IMG/VR virus record: IMGVR_UViG_2690315872_000001 | Location: 1-64,000 of that record | Strand: one strand, 5' to 3' | Length of the DNA stretch: 64,000 nt | DNA from: a virus | Lineage: Duplodnaviria; Caudoviricetes | Shown here: positions 35,553 through 43,363 of the stretch, one piece after another | How positions within the stretch are numbered: the first letter of the stretch is position 1 | How the letters are laid out: each line of letters starts with the position of its first letter | The notes under the pieces: generated by a model | What the model was told of the DNA's origin: nothing | Databases searched by the model: none | The model's input: only the letters and a program-made list of their open reading frames with translations | Made by a program: the position numbers and the translations under genes

Positions 35553-37462
35553 AAGCCAAAGTCACCGGCAAGAGTGCCTGGCAGGGCGTCCCGGACGACG
35601 GGTACCTGAACATCCACATCATCGGTGATCGCTGGGCCGACGCGCACGGCAACGCCACCGTTTCCCGCTACAGCGGCCGCCTCAACCCCGGCAAGACCGG
35701 CTTCGGCGACGCGAAGAATCCCGCCGCGGACCTGTACATCCCCGTGCAGGGCCCCGGCGACCCCGATGGTCCCCTCGCCCGCTTCGAGGAGATCCTCGTG
35801 TACGGCGGTGAGACCGTCCGCAGTGAGTACACCCGGCGACTCATCGCCACGGACCTCGACGGTCTGATCTTCGACTACGCCGCGCCCGAACCGACCAGCC
35901 TTCCGCCGTCGTTCGGGCAGGCCCCGCTGACCATCCAGGCAGCGCAGCAGCTGCTCGACACAGGCACGGCGAAGATCGCACAGGTCGATCAGAAGCTGAT
36001 TCAGGTGGACGATTCCCTGGCCGATATTGCCCAACATCTCCTGGAAAACACGGTGTACGCCTCGGACAGCGCCGACGACCCGCCCCTGCCGGACCCGTAC
36101 CGGCCCGGTGTGCGGGGCCGCAAACTCACCGCCAGCGGCAACGTGCTCTACCTCGTGACGGCACCGGCTGAGACGCCCGGCTGGCTGCCCACCCAGGAGC
36201 TGCTCAGCGGCGACGCGGTGGCCGCCGTGGAGGCTGCCGCCGCCGACGCCCGGGTAGCCGCCGGGGAGGCCACAGCGGCCATTGGGGGGCTGAGCGGGTA
36301 CCGGCTCGTTGACGCGCTGGACGGACTCACCGACCGGCGCGGGCGCCGCGTGGTGGCCGGGTACGCGGATGAGCTGGGGCAATCCCCACAGCACATCACC
36401 GAGGATGGCCGCACGTGGATGCATGGCGCCGCGGTCGGGGACATGGACGTGCAGCAGGGTGAGCCGGGCAGCGGGATCGCCTGGGCGCTCACCGACCGTG
36501 ACGAGCGGATGGCGGCCTGGGTCACGGACGCCGGTGAGTTCGGCGCCGCGAGCCTCACGGCCGCCCTGCGCTCCGGTCGGTACACCGTGTGCGTATGCGA
36601 CGGCGACAGCATGACGCAGGGCCTCGGCAGCAGCCACTTCGCGTTCACGGCCAACGCGGTCGCGTACCCCGGCGGCGGGTACCCCTACGTCCTACAGCAG
36701 CACCTGGGAGGCGCCGTGCAGGTCGTGAACCGGGGGAGCTGCAGCGCCCAGGCGTACGACATCGCGGCCCGCACGTACGGCGGCGGCGGTGTGGCCGCCC
36801 AGTACGGCGTCGGCGCGCCAGTCGGCGGTACCTACCCGCTGACCGGGCTCAACAACCGTTCGCCGCTGCTCACACCGAACGGCGGCACGCTGTCCCAGCG
36901 CGGACGGCTGGGCGAAGTGCTCGGCACGCTCACGCGCGACAACCGCGCCGCCGACTGGCAGAGCAACCGCACCGCGTACTACACGTTTACGCCGGATCCG
37001 GGTGAGCCGACCCTCGAAACCAGCGCGACCCCTGCCGCGCCGCGCCGCATCTACACCTGGCACCCCGACCTGGCCCACACGGATCAGCCGCATATCATCT
37101 GGGCGGGCCGGAACAACGTCGGGGATCACGCGCAGACCGTGGAGAGCGTCAGGGCGATGCTGTCGGCCCTCGCGCCGGACGTGCCGCGCCTCGTGATCGG
37201 GGTGCTGGCCTCGCAGACCGAAACCTGGGGGAACGGGCGCGAGGTCGTCGAGGAGATCAACCGCCAGCTGGCCGAGCTTGCCGGTCCTGCATTCTTCGAT
37301 CCGAACGAGGTGCTGGGGCGGAATGCGGACGGCACGCTGCGCCTGGACGGCACGCCGAATCCCGCCTGGATGAGCGACACCCTGCACTGCAATGACGCCG
37401 GGTACCAGCGCCTCGCTGACGCCCTGTACGCCCGCATCGTGCGGGAAGGATGGTACGACTGA
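35549..37462 (+). CDS. Tail fibre/spike with a C-terminal SGNH/GDSL hydrolase domain
   Basis: GDSMT, NRG, WAGRNN and DTLH blocks. Confidence 0.8.
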   Translation: MKAKVTGKSAWQGVPDDGYLNIHIIGDRWADAHGNATVSRYSGRLNPGKTGFGDAKNPAADLYIPVQGPGDPDGPLARFEEILVYGGETVRSEYTRRLIATDLDGLIFDYAAPEPTSLPPSFGQAPLTIQAAQQLLDTGTAKIAQVDQKLIQVDDSLADIAQHLLENTVYASDSADDPPLPDPYRPGVRGRKLTASGNVLYLVTAPAETPGWLPTQELLSGDAVAAVEAAAADARVAAGEATAAIGGLSGYRLVDALDGLTDRRGRRVVAGYADELGQSPQHITEDGRTWMHGAAVGDMDVQQGEPGSGIAWALTDRDERMAAWVTDAGEFGAASLTAALRSGRYTVCVCDGDSMTQGLGSSHFAFTANAVAYPGGGYPYVLQQHLGGAVQVVNRGSCSAQAYDIAARTYGGGGVAAQYGVGAPVGGTYPLTGLNNRSPLLTPNGGTLSQRGRLGEVLGTLTRDNRAADWQSNRTAYYTFTPDPGEPTLETSATPAAPRRIYTWHPDLAHTDQPHIIWAGRNNVGDHAQTVESVRAMLSALAPDVPRLVIGVLASQTETWGNGREVVEEINRQLAELAGPAFFDPNEVLGRNADGTLRLDGTPNPAWMSDTLHCNDAGYQRLADALYARIVREGWYD

Positions 37463-38289
37463 TGCCCACGATCATCACGCTGAACAATGTGCAGTTCGAC
37501 CCTGGCCTGAATCTCCCACTGTTGCCGCTGGACGCGTACGACGGTCCCGGTGTGCTGCTGATCCACGATTACCGACGCGCCCGGTGCCTCGCGCCTGGGG
37601 TGCTGACCGAGGGGCAACTCATCACGAACCTGAGTCGGAACGTGACGGCGGGTATCGACGCTGGCGACCTGATCGGGGCGGCGGGCGTCACGCGCGACGG
37701 GCAGGGCCTGCGGTTCAGCCGGCCCAACGGTGCGCAGATCAGCGACTGGATCAGGGCGACTGGCCTAGGTGCGCTGCCCCTCCAGAGCGGTGTGGACTGG
37801 GTGGCGACGGTGTGGGTGCGTCAGCGCGCAGCGGTCGATTGGCAGGGCGTGATCGGCAGCGCCGGAAACTCGGGGAGCACCGAGACTACAAACAGCTGGG
37901 GCCTGTATATCCAGGGCTCTGGTGGCCTCGATCCGTACGGCATCACGGCGCGGGCGTGGACGACAGCGGGGGCACTCGTGCAGTACGGGCTGGACCACCC
38001 GCTGCCCGTGGGCGGCCCGGTGGTGCAGCTGGCGTTCGGGATGACGTTCAGCGGCGGCGCAGCAACGATGCACTGGGGGTACAACGGCGGCCTCCAGATC
38101 GGTGCGGACGTCGGTGCGTGGCGCGTGCCGCAGTACCCGCTCCAGATCGGCACTGCCGGAACTGATGGGCAGAGCGGGGCGACCATCTACCGCGCGACCC
38201 TGGCACAGGTGGGGGCGGGGCGGCGCTACGCCTCGATTGCGGAGGCCGTGGCACGGGATTACGCGCTGGGGGCCGGGCAGTTCGGATGA
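37462..38289 (+). CDS. Tail fibre-associated beta-sandwich (LamG/ConA-like) protein
   Basis: TGATG coupling. Beta-rich, with LQIG near the C-terminus. Confidence 0.55.
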   Translation: MPTIITLNNVQFDPGLNLPLLPLDAYDGPGVLLIHDYRRARCLAPGVLTEGQLITNLSRNVTAGIDAGDLIGAAGVTRDGQGLRFSRPNGAQISDWIRATGLGALPLQSGVDWVATVWVRQRAAVDWQGVIGSAGNSGSTETTNSWGLYIQGSGGLDPYGITARAWTTAGALVQYGLDHPLPVGGPVVQLAFGMTFSGGAATMHWGYNGGLQIGADVGAWRVPQYPLQIGTAGTDGQSGATIYRATLAQVGAGRRYASIAEAVARDYALGAGQFG

Positions 38290-38640
38290 AGATGAGGCGG
38301 CTTGGGGACAACCCAGCCGCCTCCCAGGACGCTTAGAACAGCAGCGCGACTAACATCGCACCGGCAACATACCCGGCCCCGATCCGCGCACCGATCATGA
38401 CTGCGTACGACATCGTTCCACCCCCCCCTGTGTGTATTTCTCCATCCATTGGTCTGGAGTGCGGCCATGGTTGCGCACGGTCGTGTGGACCCTATGGATC
38501 CTGCACTCATCGAGTAGCACACAGAACCGGGCCCGGTATCAGGCCCTGAACACGCAGGAAAACGCCGCGTCCCTCCCCAGGGTCGCGGCGCTTCACTGCG
38601 CGGGTTGAGTTCTCCAAACCAGGGCCCCCGCCCGCGCAGC

Positions 38641-38859
38641 TTACTCGCTGGACGACTCGCGGCGCTCTTTGCGCTTCAGGGTCAGTTCGACGTCGAACTC
38701 GTCGAAGATGGCGGGCCACAGCCCGGGCGGCTGCCCCCGGTCCCGCAGCGTGCGGCTCAGGCTCTTCTCGCTGATTCCCAGCTTCGCGGCCAGATCGCGC
38801 TGCGTCAGGCCTTTCTGGCGCATCAGGCGCTTGATTTCCGCGCGGATCTCCTCCGTCAT
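38641..38859 (-). CDS. XRE-family HTH repressor (paralog of 23139..23342)
   Basis: MRQKGLTQRDLAAKLGISEKSLSRTL. TACCCT box 7 nt before ATG 38859. Confidence 0.88.
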   Translation of the reverse strand: MTEEIRAEIKRLMRQKGLTQRDLAAKLGISEKSLSRTLRDRGQPPGLWPAIFDEFDVELTLKRKERRESSSE

Positions 38860-38901
38860 GTTCATCAGGGTAGCCTCCGTTCACCGTTTCCTCCGAACCG
38901 G

Positions 38902-38933
38902 TTGAAAAAGTTCTACCAATCCGGTAGAACTTT
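38902..38933. promoter_or_regulatory. Operator palindrome overlapping a divergent promoter
   Basis: AAAGTTCTACC-AATCC-GGTAGAACTTT, with TTGAAA at 38902. Confidence 0.7.
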
Positions 38934-39017
38934 CATCAAGACGCCCGGTCACACTGCGGGTGTACGTCCCTCGCCCGCCCGAGCACGCCGGGGCGGGGCT
39001 TCCCATGGAGGAATCCC

Positions 39018-39488
39018 ATGCTCAAGCGCATCCTGACCACCCTCGCCCTGCCCGTCCTGCTCGCCAGCTGCGGTGGATTCACCGCCCCCGAGCGGGACAA
39101 CGCCCAGTGGACGACTGAACTGCACGGCGTCAGCATCACCTGGCGCTGGGTGAACCCCGGCGGCCTCGGGCCCGGGCGGGCCGGGCGGGCCATGGTCCTC
39201 CCCGGCGGGCAGTCCTGCGTCATCGACCTCGACCCCACCACCATCCGCAACTACCTCACCGAAGTCGCCGCACACGAGGCCGGGCACTGCCTCGCCGCGC
39301 GGTACCTGCAGATCGGCGCGGACGTGAACAGCGAGAACCCACACCTGCACGAACTGATGGAGCAGTGGCCGCAGGCGTACGCCGAGAGGTACATGGCCGA
39401 CTGCGGCCTGAGCCTCGCACCCCTGGGCTGGCGGGACACGCGTGAAGCGACCTGCGCCGCCGCGCCCGACATCGACGACATCAAGTAA
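39018..39488 (+). CDS. Lipoprotein with an HExxH zinc-metallopeptidase motif
   Basis: Lipobox LLASC, VAAHEAGHCL, GGAGG RBS. Confidence 0.75.
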   Translation: MLKRILTTLALPVLLASCGGFTAPERDNAQWTTELHGVSITWRWVNPGGLGPGRAGRAMVLPGGQSCVIDLDPTTIRNYLTEVAAHEAGHCLAARYLQIGADVNSENPHLHELMEQWPQAYAERYMADCGLSLAPLGWRDTREATCAAAPDIDDIK

Positions 39489-39503
39489 CGCACCTCACCC
39501 CTC

Positions 39504-39542
39504 GATCCGCCCCGGCTTCGGCCCCGGGGCGGATTCTTCATT
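39504..39542 (+). terminator. Hairpin terminator
   Basis: GATCCGCCCCGG/CCGGGGCGGATT followed by a T-rich tail. Confidence 0.65.
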
Positions 39543-39563
39543 CCGGCCGGACGCGAGGTCCCC

Positions 39564-39893
39564 ATGCGCAGGCACATCACCCTGGCCGCCCTGCTCGCCG
39601 TGCTCCTCACGGCCGGGCAGGCCGCCCCCACCACGACCGTCTGCGCCGCCCAGGCCCGGACCCAGACCAGCTGGCCCGGCCGGGTCGTGATCGTCACCGC
39701 CGCCACCTGCCCCGACGGGGGCCGGGCGTACGTGCGGTTCGTCAGCCGCACCGGCTCCCAACCCGACTCTCCCCCCGGGTACTTCACCCTCAAGCGCGGC
39801 CAGACCCTCACGCGGCGCGTGCCGCGCGACTGGTGGGTCGAGTACCGGGACAAGTACCTGCGCTGGACGCGCATCAAGGAGGTGGTCCGCTAG
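39564..39893 (+). CDS. Small secreted protein
   Basis: Signal peptide MRRHITLAALLAVLLTAGQA. Confidence 0.7.
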   Translation: MRRHITLAALLAVLLTAGQAAPTTTVCAAQARTQTSWPGRVVIVTAATCPDGGRAYVRFVSRTGSQPDSPPGYFTLKRGQTLTRRVPRDWWVEYRDKYLRWTRIKEVVR

Positions 39894-40358
39894 GTGGAAA
39901 AACTGCTGATCGTCATGACAGCCAGCACCCTGGCTGCCAACGAACTCACCGGAGCCGCCCTGCCCTTCACGGAAGGGGAACTCTGGAGCCTGCTGTTCGT
40001 GCTGATCGCCGCGCTCTTCACGGCTGTCAGCAAGGAGGCCAGCAAGGCCGCGCGCGGTCCGTTCAAACCCGCCCGCTTCTGGGGGAACGTCGGCCTGGGC
40101 GTCATGGCGGGCGTGTGTGCGCCCCTGCTGATCGAGTACGTCATGCAGCACTGGACCGGGAAGCCCCTGACTGGCGGGGCCAGCGTCGGCCTGGGCATTC
40201 TCGGCGCGTACGCCGGGCGTGACTTCCTGAAGGCCGCGTACAGTGCCCTGCTCGCCGTGGGGCAATTCGCCGCGAAGCTCAAAGGTCTCTCCATCAACTA
40301 CGACCCGGACAAAGTCCAGCGTCCGAACCGCAAGGAAGGAGGTGGGGACGATGCGTAA
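39894..40358 (+). CDS. Holin-like membrane protein
   Basis: Three to four TM segments, charged C-terminal tail, upstream of the endolysin. Confidence 0.65.
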   Translation: MEKLLIVMTASTLAANELTGAALPFTEGELWSLLFVLIAALFTAVSKEASKAARGPFKPARFWGNVGLGVMAGVCAPLLIEYVMQHWTGKPLTGGASVGLGILGAYAGRDFLKAAYSALLAVGQFAAKLKGLSINYDPDKVQRPNRKEGGGDDA

Positions 40359-40863
40359 CGCCCGCCTGACACACCAGCTGCGCCACGTGCGACTCGCCGT
40401 CCTGCGCGGCCTGCACGCCGTCCTGCGCGCCCTGCCCCGCGTGGCCGCCATCACCGCCCTCTACGCCCTGGTGATCGCCGGGTACGCCACCAGCGCCTGG
40501 CTCGCCGACCTGGGCGACACCGTCCTCGGGCCGCCGGTCGTGCAGGAGGGCCTGCGCGCCCTGATCGTCATGGCCGTCGCCCGGGCGTTTCAGCTGCGCT
40601 GGGCGGAACTCACCCCCTGGAGCCGCGCCGGGTGGGGCCTGCTCGCGATCGGCGTGAGCCTGAACCTCGCCCGTGGGCACTTCAGTGAGACCCCACTGAC
40701 CCTGGCGTTCATGTGTGGCCACGCGGGCCTACTGATCATCACTACCCGCCTCATGGTGGCCGCGCAGCGCGAGCAGCGCCTCGCGGACGCCAACCGAGAC
40801 CTTCGCCGCCAACTGGCGGACGCCCACGCGCGCATCGCGCACCTGGAGGCATCCCATGATTGA
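40351..40863 (+). CDS. Membrane protein with C-terminal coiled coil (lysis cassette)
   Basis: AGGAGG RBS, about four TM segments. Confidence 0.65.
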   Translation: MRNARLTHQLRHVRLAVLRGLHAVLRALPRVAAITALYALVIAGYATSAWLADLGDTVLGPPVVQEGLRALIVMAVARAFQLRWAELTPWSRAGWGLLAIGVSLNLARGHFSETPLTLAFMCGHAGLLIITTRLMVAAQREQRLADANRDLRRQLADAHARIAHLEASHD

Positions 40864-41563
40864 CATCACCCCTGACCTGGTGCGGGCCATCAACCCGCGT
40901 CACCCCCGCCCGGACGTGGCCGCCCCGAAGATCCAGCGGGCGTTCGAGCAGTTCGGCATCACGACGCGTAACACGGTGGCCATGGCCCTCGGGCAGATCG
41001 GGCACGAGTCGGGCCTGATTCCGAGGGAGGAGAATCTGAACTACCGAGCGACGCGGCTGATGCAGGTGTGGCCCAACCGCTTCCCGACGCTGCAGGCGGC
41101 GCTGCCGTACCAGTTCAACCCGCAGGCCCTCGGCGACCGGGTGTACGGCGGGCGCATGGGCAACAGCCCCACGGAGGGCTTCCTGTACCGGGGGAGAGGT
41201 CCGATCCAGCTGACCGGGAAGAGCAACTACGTCACGTACGGCCGCCTGATCGGCTACGACCTGGTCGCGCAGCCGGACCTGCTCCTGCAGTACGGCGTGG
41301 GCTTCCTGGCCGCCGGGGCGTTCTGGCAGGCGCACGGCCTGAACCGCCCCGCTGAGCGCGGCGACGTGCGCGCCGTCACCCGCGCCATCAACGGCGGCAC
41401 GATCGGCCTGGACGACCGCGAGCGGCTGTACCAGCGGGCCCTGGTGAACGTACCCCGGTACGGGCTGCTCAGCACGGACGCGCCCCTGAACGTGGAAGCG
41501 GACGCCGCGGCGGACCTGGATGCCCGGCACGAGCAGCTCACGCGGATCCTGGGCCTGCTGTGA
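40856..41563 (+). CDS. Endolysin, glycoside hydrolase family 19
   Basis: LGQIGHESG, ENLNY, YRGRGPIQLTGKSNY, VTRAINGG. Confidence 0.93.
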   Translation: MIDITPDLVRAINPRHPRPDVAAPKIQRAFEQFGITTRNTVAMALGQIGHESGLIPREENLNYRATRLMQVWPNRFPTLQAALPYQFNPQALGDRVYGGRMGNSPTEGFLYRGRGPIQLTGKSNYVTYGRLIGYDLVAQPDLLLQYGVGFLAAGAFWQAHGLNRPAERGDVRAVTRAINGGTIGLDDRERLYQRALVNVPRYGLLSTDAPLNVEADAAADLDARHEQLTRILGLL

Positions 41564-41811
41564 CCGTCCGCATGACGCCCGGCGCGCCGTTCCTGGACGG
41601 GGCCGCGCCGGGCACCATCCAGGCCGATGCGAGCTGGCACCACTACGTGTGCCCTTGCGGCTGCGCTCAGGTGTACAGCGCCGCGCACGCCGTCGCGGGC
41701 GGCAGCGTGGAGACCGGTGACCTGACGCTCACGCCATCGCTCTGGCACAACGGCGAGGGGCAGTGCGGCTGGCATGGCTGGCTCCAGAACGGCGAGTTCC
41801 GCAGCGTCTGA
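41560..41811 (+). CDS. DUF6527-like Cys/His protein
   Basis: CPCGC...LTLTPSL...CGWHGWLQNG. Confidence 0.65.
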   Translation: MTVRMTPGAPFLDGAAPGTIQADASWHHYVCPCGCAQVYSAAHAVAGGSVETGDLTLTPSLWHNGEGQCGWHGWLQNGEFRSV

Positions 41812-42028
41812 GCGCAGCCGCCCCCATTCGTCCCCATTGGAATATTCCGGAATACTTTCTCCGCATTCCACGTGTCAGACGACGTGAGCGACGTTCCGCG
41901 TGACGACTTTACTGTTCGCGCGCCCCATTCCACCCATCGATGTCCCCAATCCACCCATGCCCATGGGTGGATTCGTCTTCCCGGCCCCTGCCCTTCGCGG
42001 TGGGGGCCGCGCCTTTACGAGGTGTTCC

Positions 42029-42751
42029 ATGACTCGAGTCCTTCGACTGTTCGTTCCCTTCCTCGCGCTGCTGCTGGCCCTGACGGGCGTGGCGGCCGCG
42101 CAGGCCTTCGACCTCTCGCCGATCCTGGCTGACCCGATCGGCTGGGCGGTTGCGATGACCACCAACCCGCTGCTGCTGGGCCTGTTCGTGTTCGGCGTGG
42201 TCGCCACCGTCAAGCGCGACGCCGAGCGCCGCAAGCCGCCCATCACCTGGAACCCCTGGCTGTGGCGGGGGATCGCGTTCGCGGTGGGCGTCGCATCGAG
42301 CGTGCTGCTGCGCATGATCGTCGTGCGCGTCCTGAACCGCGCGGGGGTGTCACTGGACCTCGGAGTGACGCTGCTCAACGGGTTCGCGGCAGGTGTCATC
42401 GCCGTGATCGGCCGTGACGGGCTGAAGACGACGCTGGGCTGGCTGGGCCGCAGTGACCTGCTCACGCAGCTGCTCGGCGGATCCGGCAGTGTGGCCGCGC
42501 CGGTGACGGTCACGGTGCCTCAGTCGCTGACTGGACTGCCTGCCGTGGCGACGGGGCTGCTGAGCGACCTGATCGCCGAGGTCCTGCGCGAAGCGAAGTT
42601 GCTGGCCACGCCGGAGCAGGTGATGCGCGTCGCCGTGGCGCTGGCCCCGGTCGCGCCGGACCTGCTCGACGGCGACGTGCACCTCAGCGCGCAGAACCGC
42701 AACCGGGTGCTGCAGGTCATCCTGGACCTGAAGACGGGCGGGCGGCTGTGA
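42029..42751 (+). CDS. Membrane protein (second holin or spanin-like)
   Basis: GAGGTG RBS, signal peptide plus about three TM segments. Confidence 0.65.
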   Translation: MTRVLRLFVPFLALLLALTGVAAAQAFDLSPILADPIGWAVAMTTNPLLLGLFVFGVVATVKRDAERRKPPITWNPWLWRGIAFAVGVASSVLLRMIVVRVLNRAGVSLDLGVTLLNGFAAGVIAVIGRDGLKTTLGWLGRSDLLTQLLGGSGSVAAPVTVTVPQSLTGLPAVATGLLSDLIAEVLREAKLLATPEQVMRVAVALAPVAPDLLDGDVHLSAQNRNRVLQVILDLKTGGRL

Positions 42752-43137
42752 CGCGACTCCTGGCGGCGCTGCTGGTGCTGCTCACGGCGTGCGCGCCGCT
42801 CGTGCAGGTGGCGCAGCCGGACGAGCGGGCCACCCTGACCCGCGCAGGCCTGAGCGTCACGCTGACCAACCCCGGCCCGGACGCCCTGACCGGCGACCCC
42901 AGCCGCGCCGGGGACGGCGTCGCGCTGACCGTGCAGGGCGTCGGGCTGGTGCCGGACGCCCAGGCGGCCCAGTGGTGCCGCGCGGCCACGTCGACGAGCT
43001 GGGCGTGCACCCTGCCGGATCTGCCGGTCGGTACTTCGCGGCGCGTGACGTTCACCGCCGGGACGCTGCTGGACGCCGCAGCGTTCGGGTACCGGCCTTC
43101 ACTGGGCGCTCGACCTGTCCTGATTTGGCTTCAATGA
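42748..43137 (+). CDS. Lipoprotein (possible o-spanin equivalent)
   Basis: Lipobox LLTAC, last gene of the late operon. Confidence 0.65.
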   Translation: MTRLLAALLVLLTACAPLVQVAQPDERATLTRAGLSVTLTNPGPDALTGDPSRAGDGVALTVQGVGLVPDAQAAQWCRAATSTSWACTLPDLPVGTSRRVTFTAGTLLDAAAFGYRPSLGARPVLIWLQ

Positions 43138-43141
43138 CTAT

Positions 43142-43189
43142 GGCCCCCACCTTCCCCGGCTTCGGCCCGGGCGGGTGGGGGCCTTTTGT
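43142..43189 (+). terminator. Terminator of the late operon
   Basis: GGCCCCCACC...GGTGGGGGCC-TTTTGT. Confidence 0.8.
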
Positions 43190-43191
43190 CA

Positions 43192-43236
43192 TTGTCCACA
43201 AAACGACGAAAATCCTGTGGACAACTCTGTGGATAA
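43192..43236. promoter_or_regulatory. Three clustered DnaA boxes
   Basis: TTGTCCACA (43192), TGTGGACAA (43216), TGTGGATAA (43228). Confidence 0.7.
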
Positions 43237-43307
43237 CCCGTAATCTCAGCGCACAGACGCATCCTGGCACCCGAGAGAGGAGCCTTGCAGAGTCGCCCCG
43301 ACCGAGG

Positions 43308-43332
43308 AAACCCGCCAGACGCGGGGTTTTTT
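43308..43332 (+). terminator. Hairpin with U-tract upstream of the RM gene
   Basis: AAACCCGC-CAGAC-GCGGGGTTTTTT. Confidence 0.55.
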
Positions 43333-43363
43333 CATGGGGCGACCTCGTCATGAGAGGAGACCC

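Noticed and set aside
38290-38640. Small ORFs or a diversity-generating retroelement repeat after the tail fibre genes
   Set aside because: No reverse transcriptase in the window, no template/variable repeat pair seen, and the ORFs lack start signals and codon bias.
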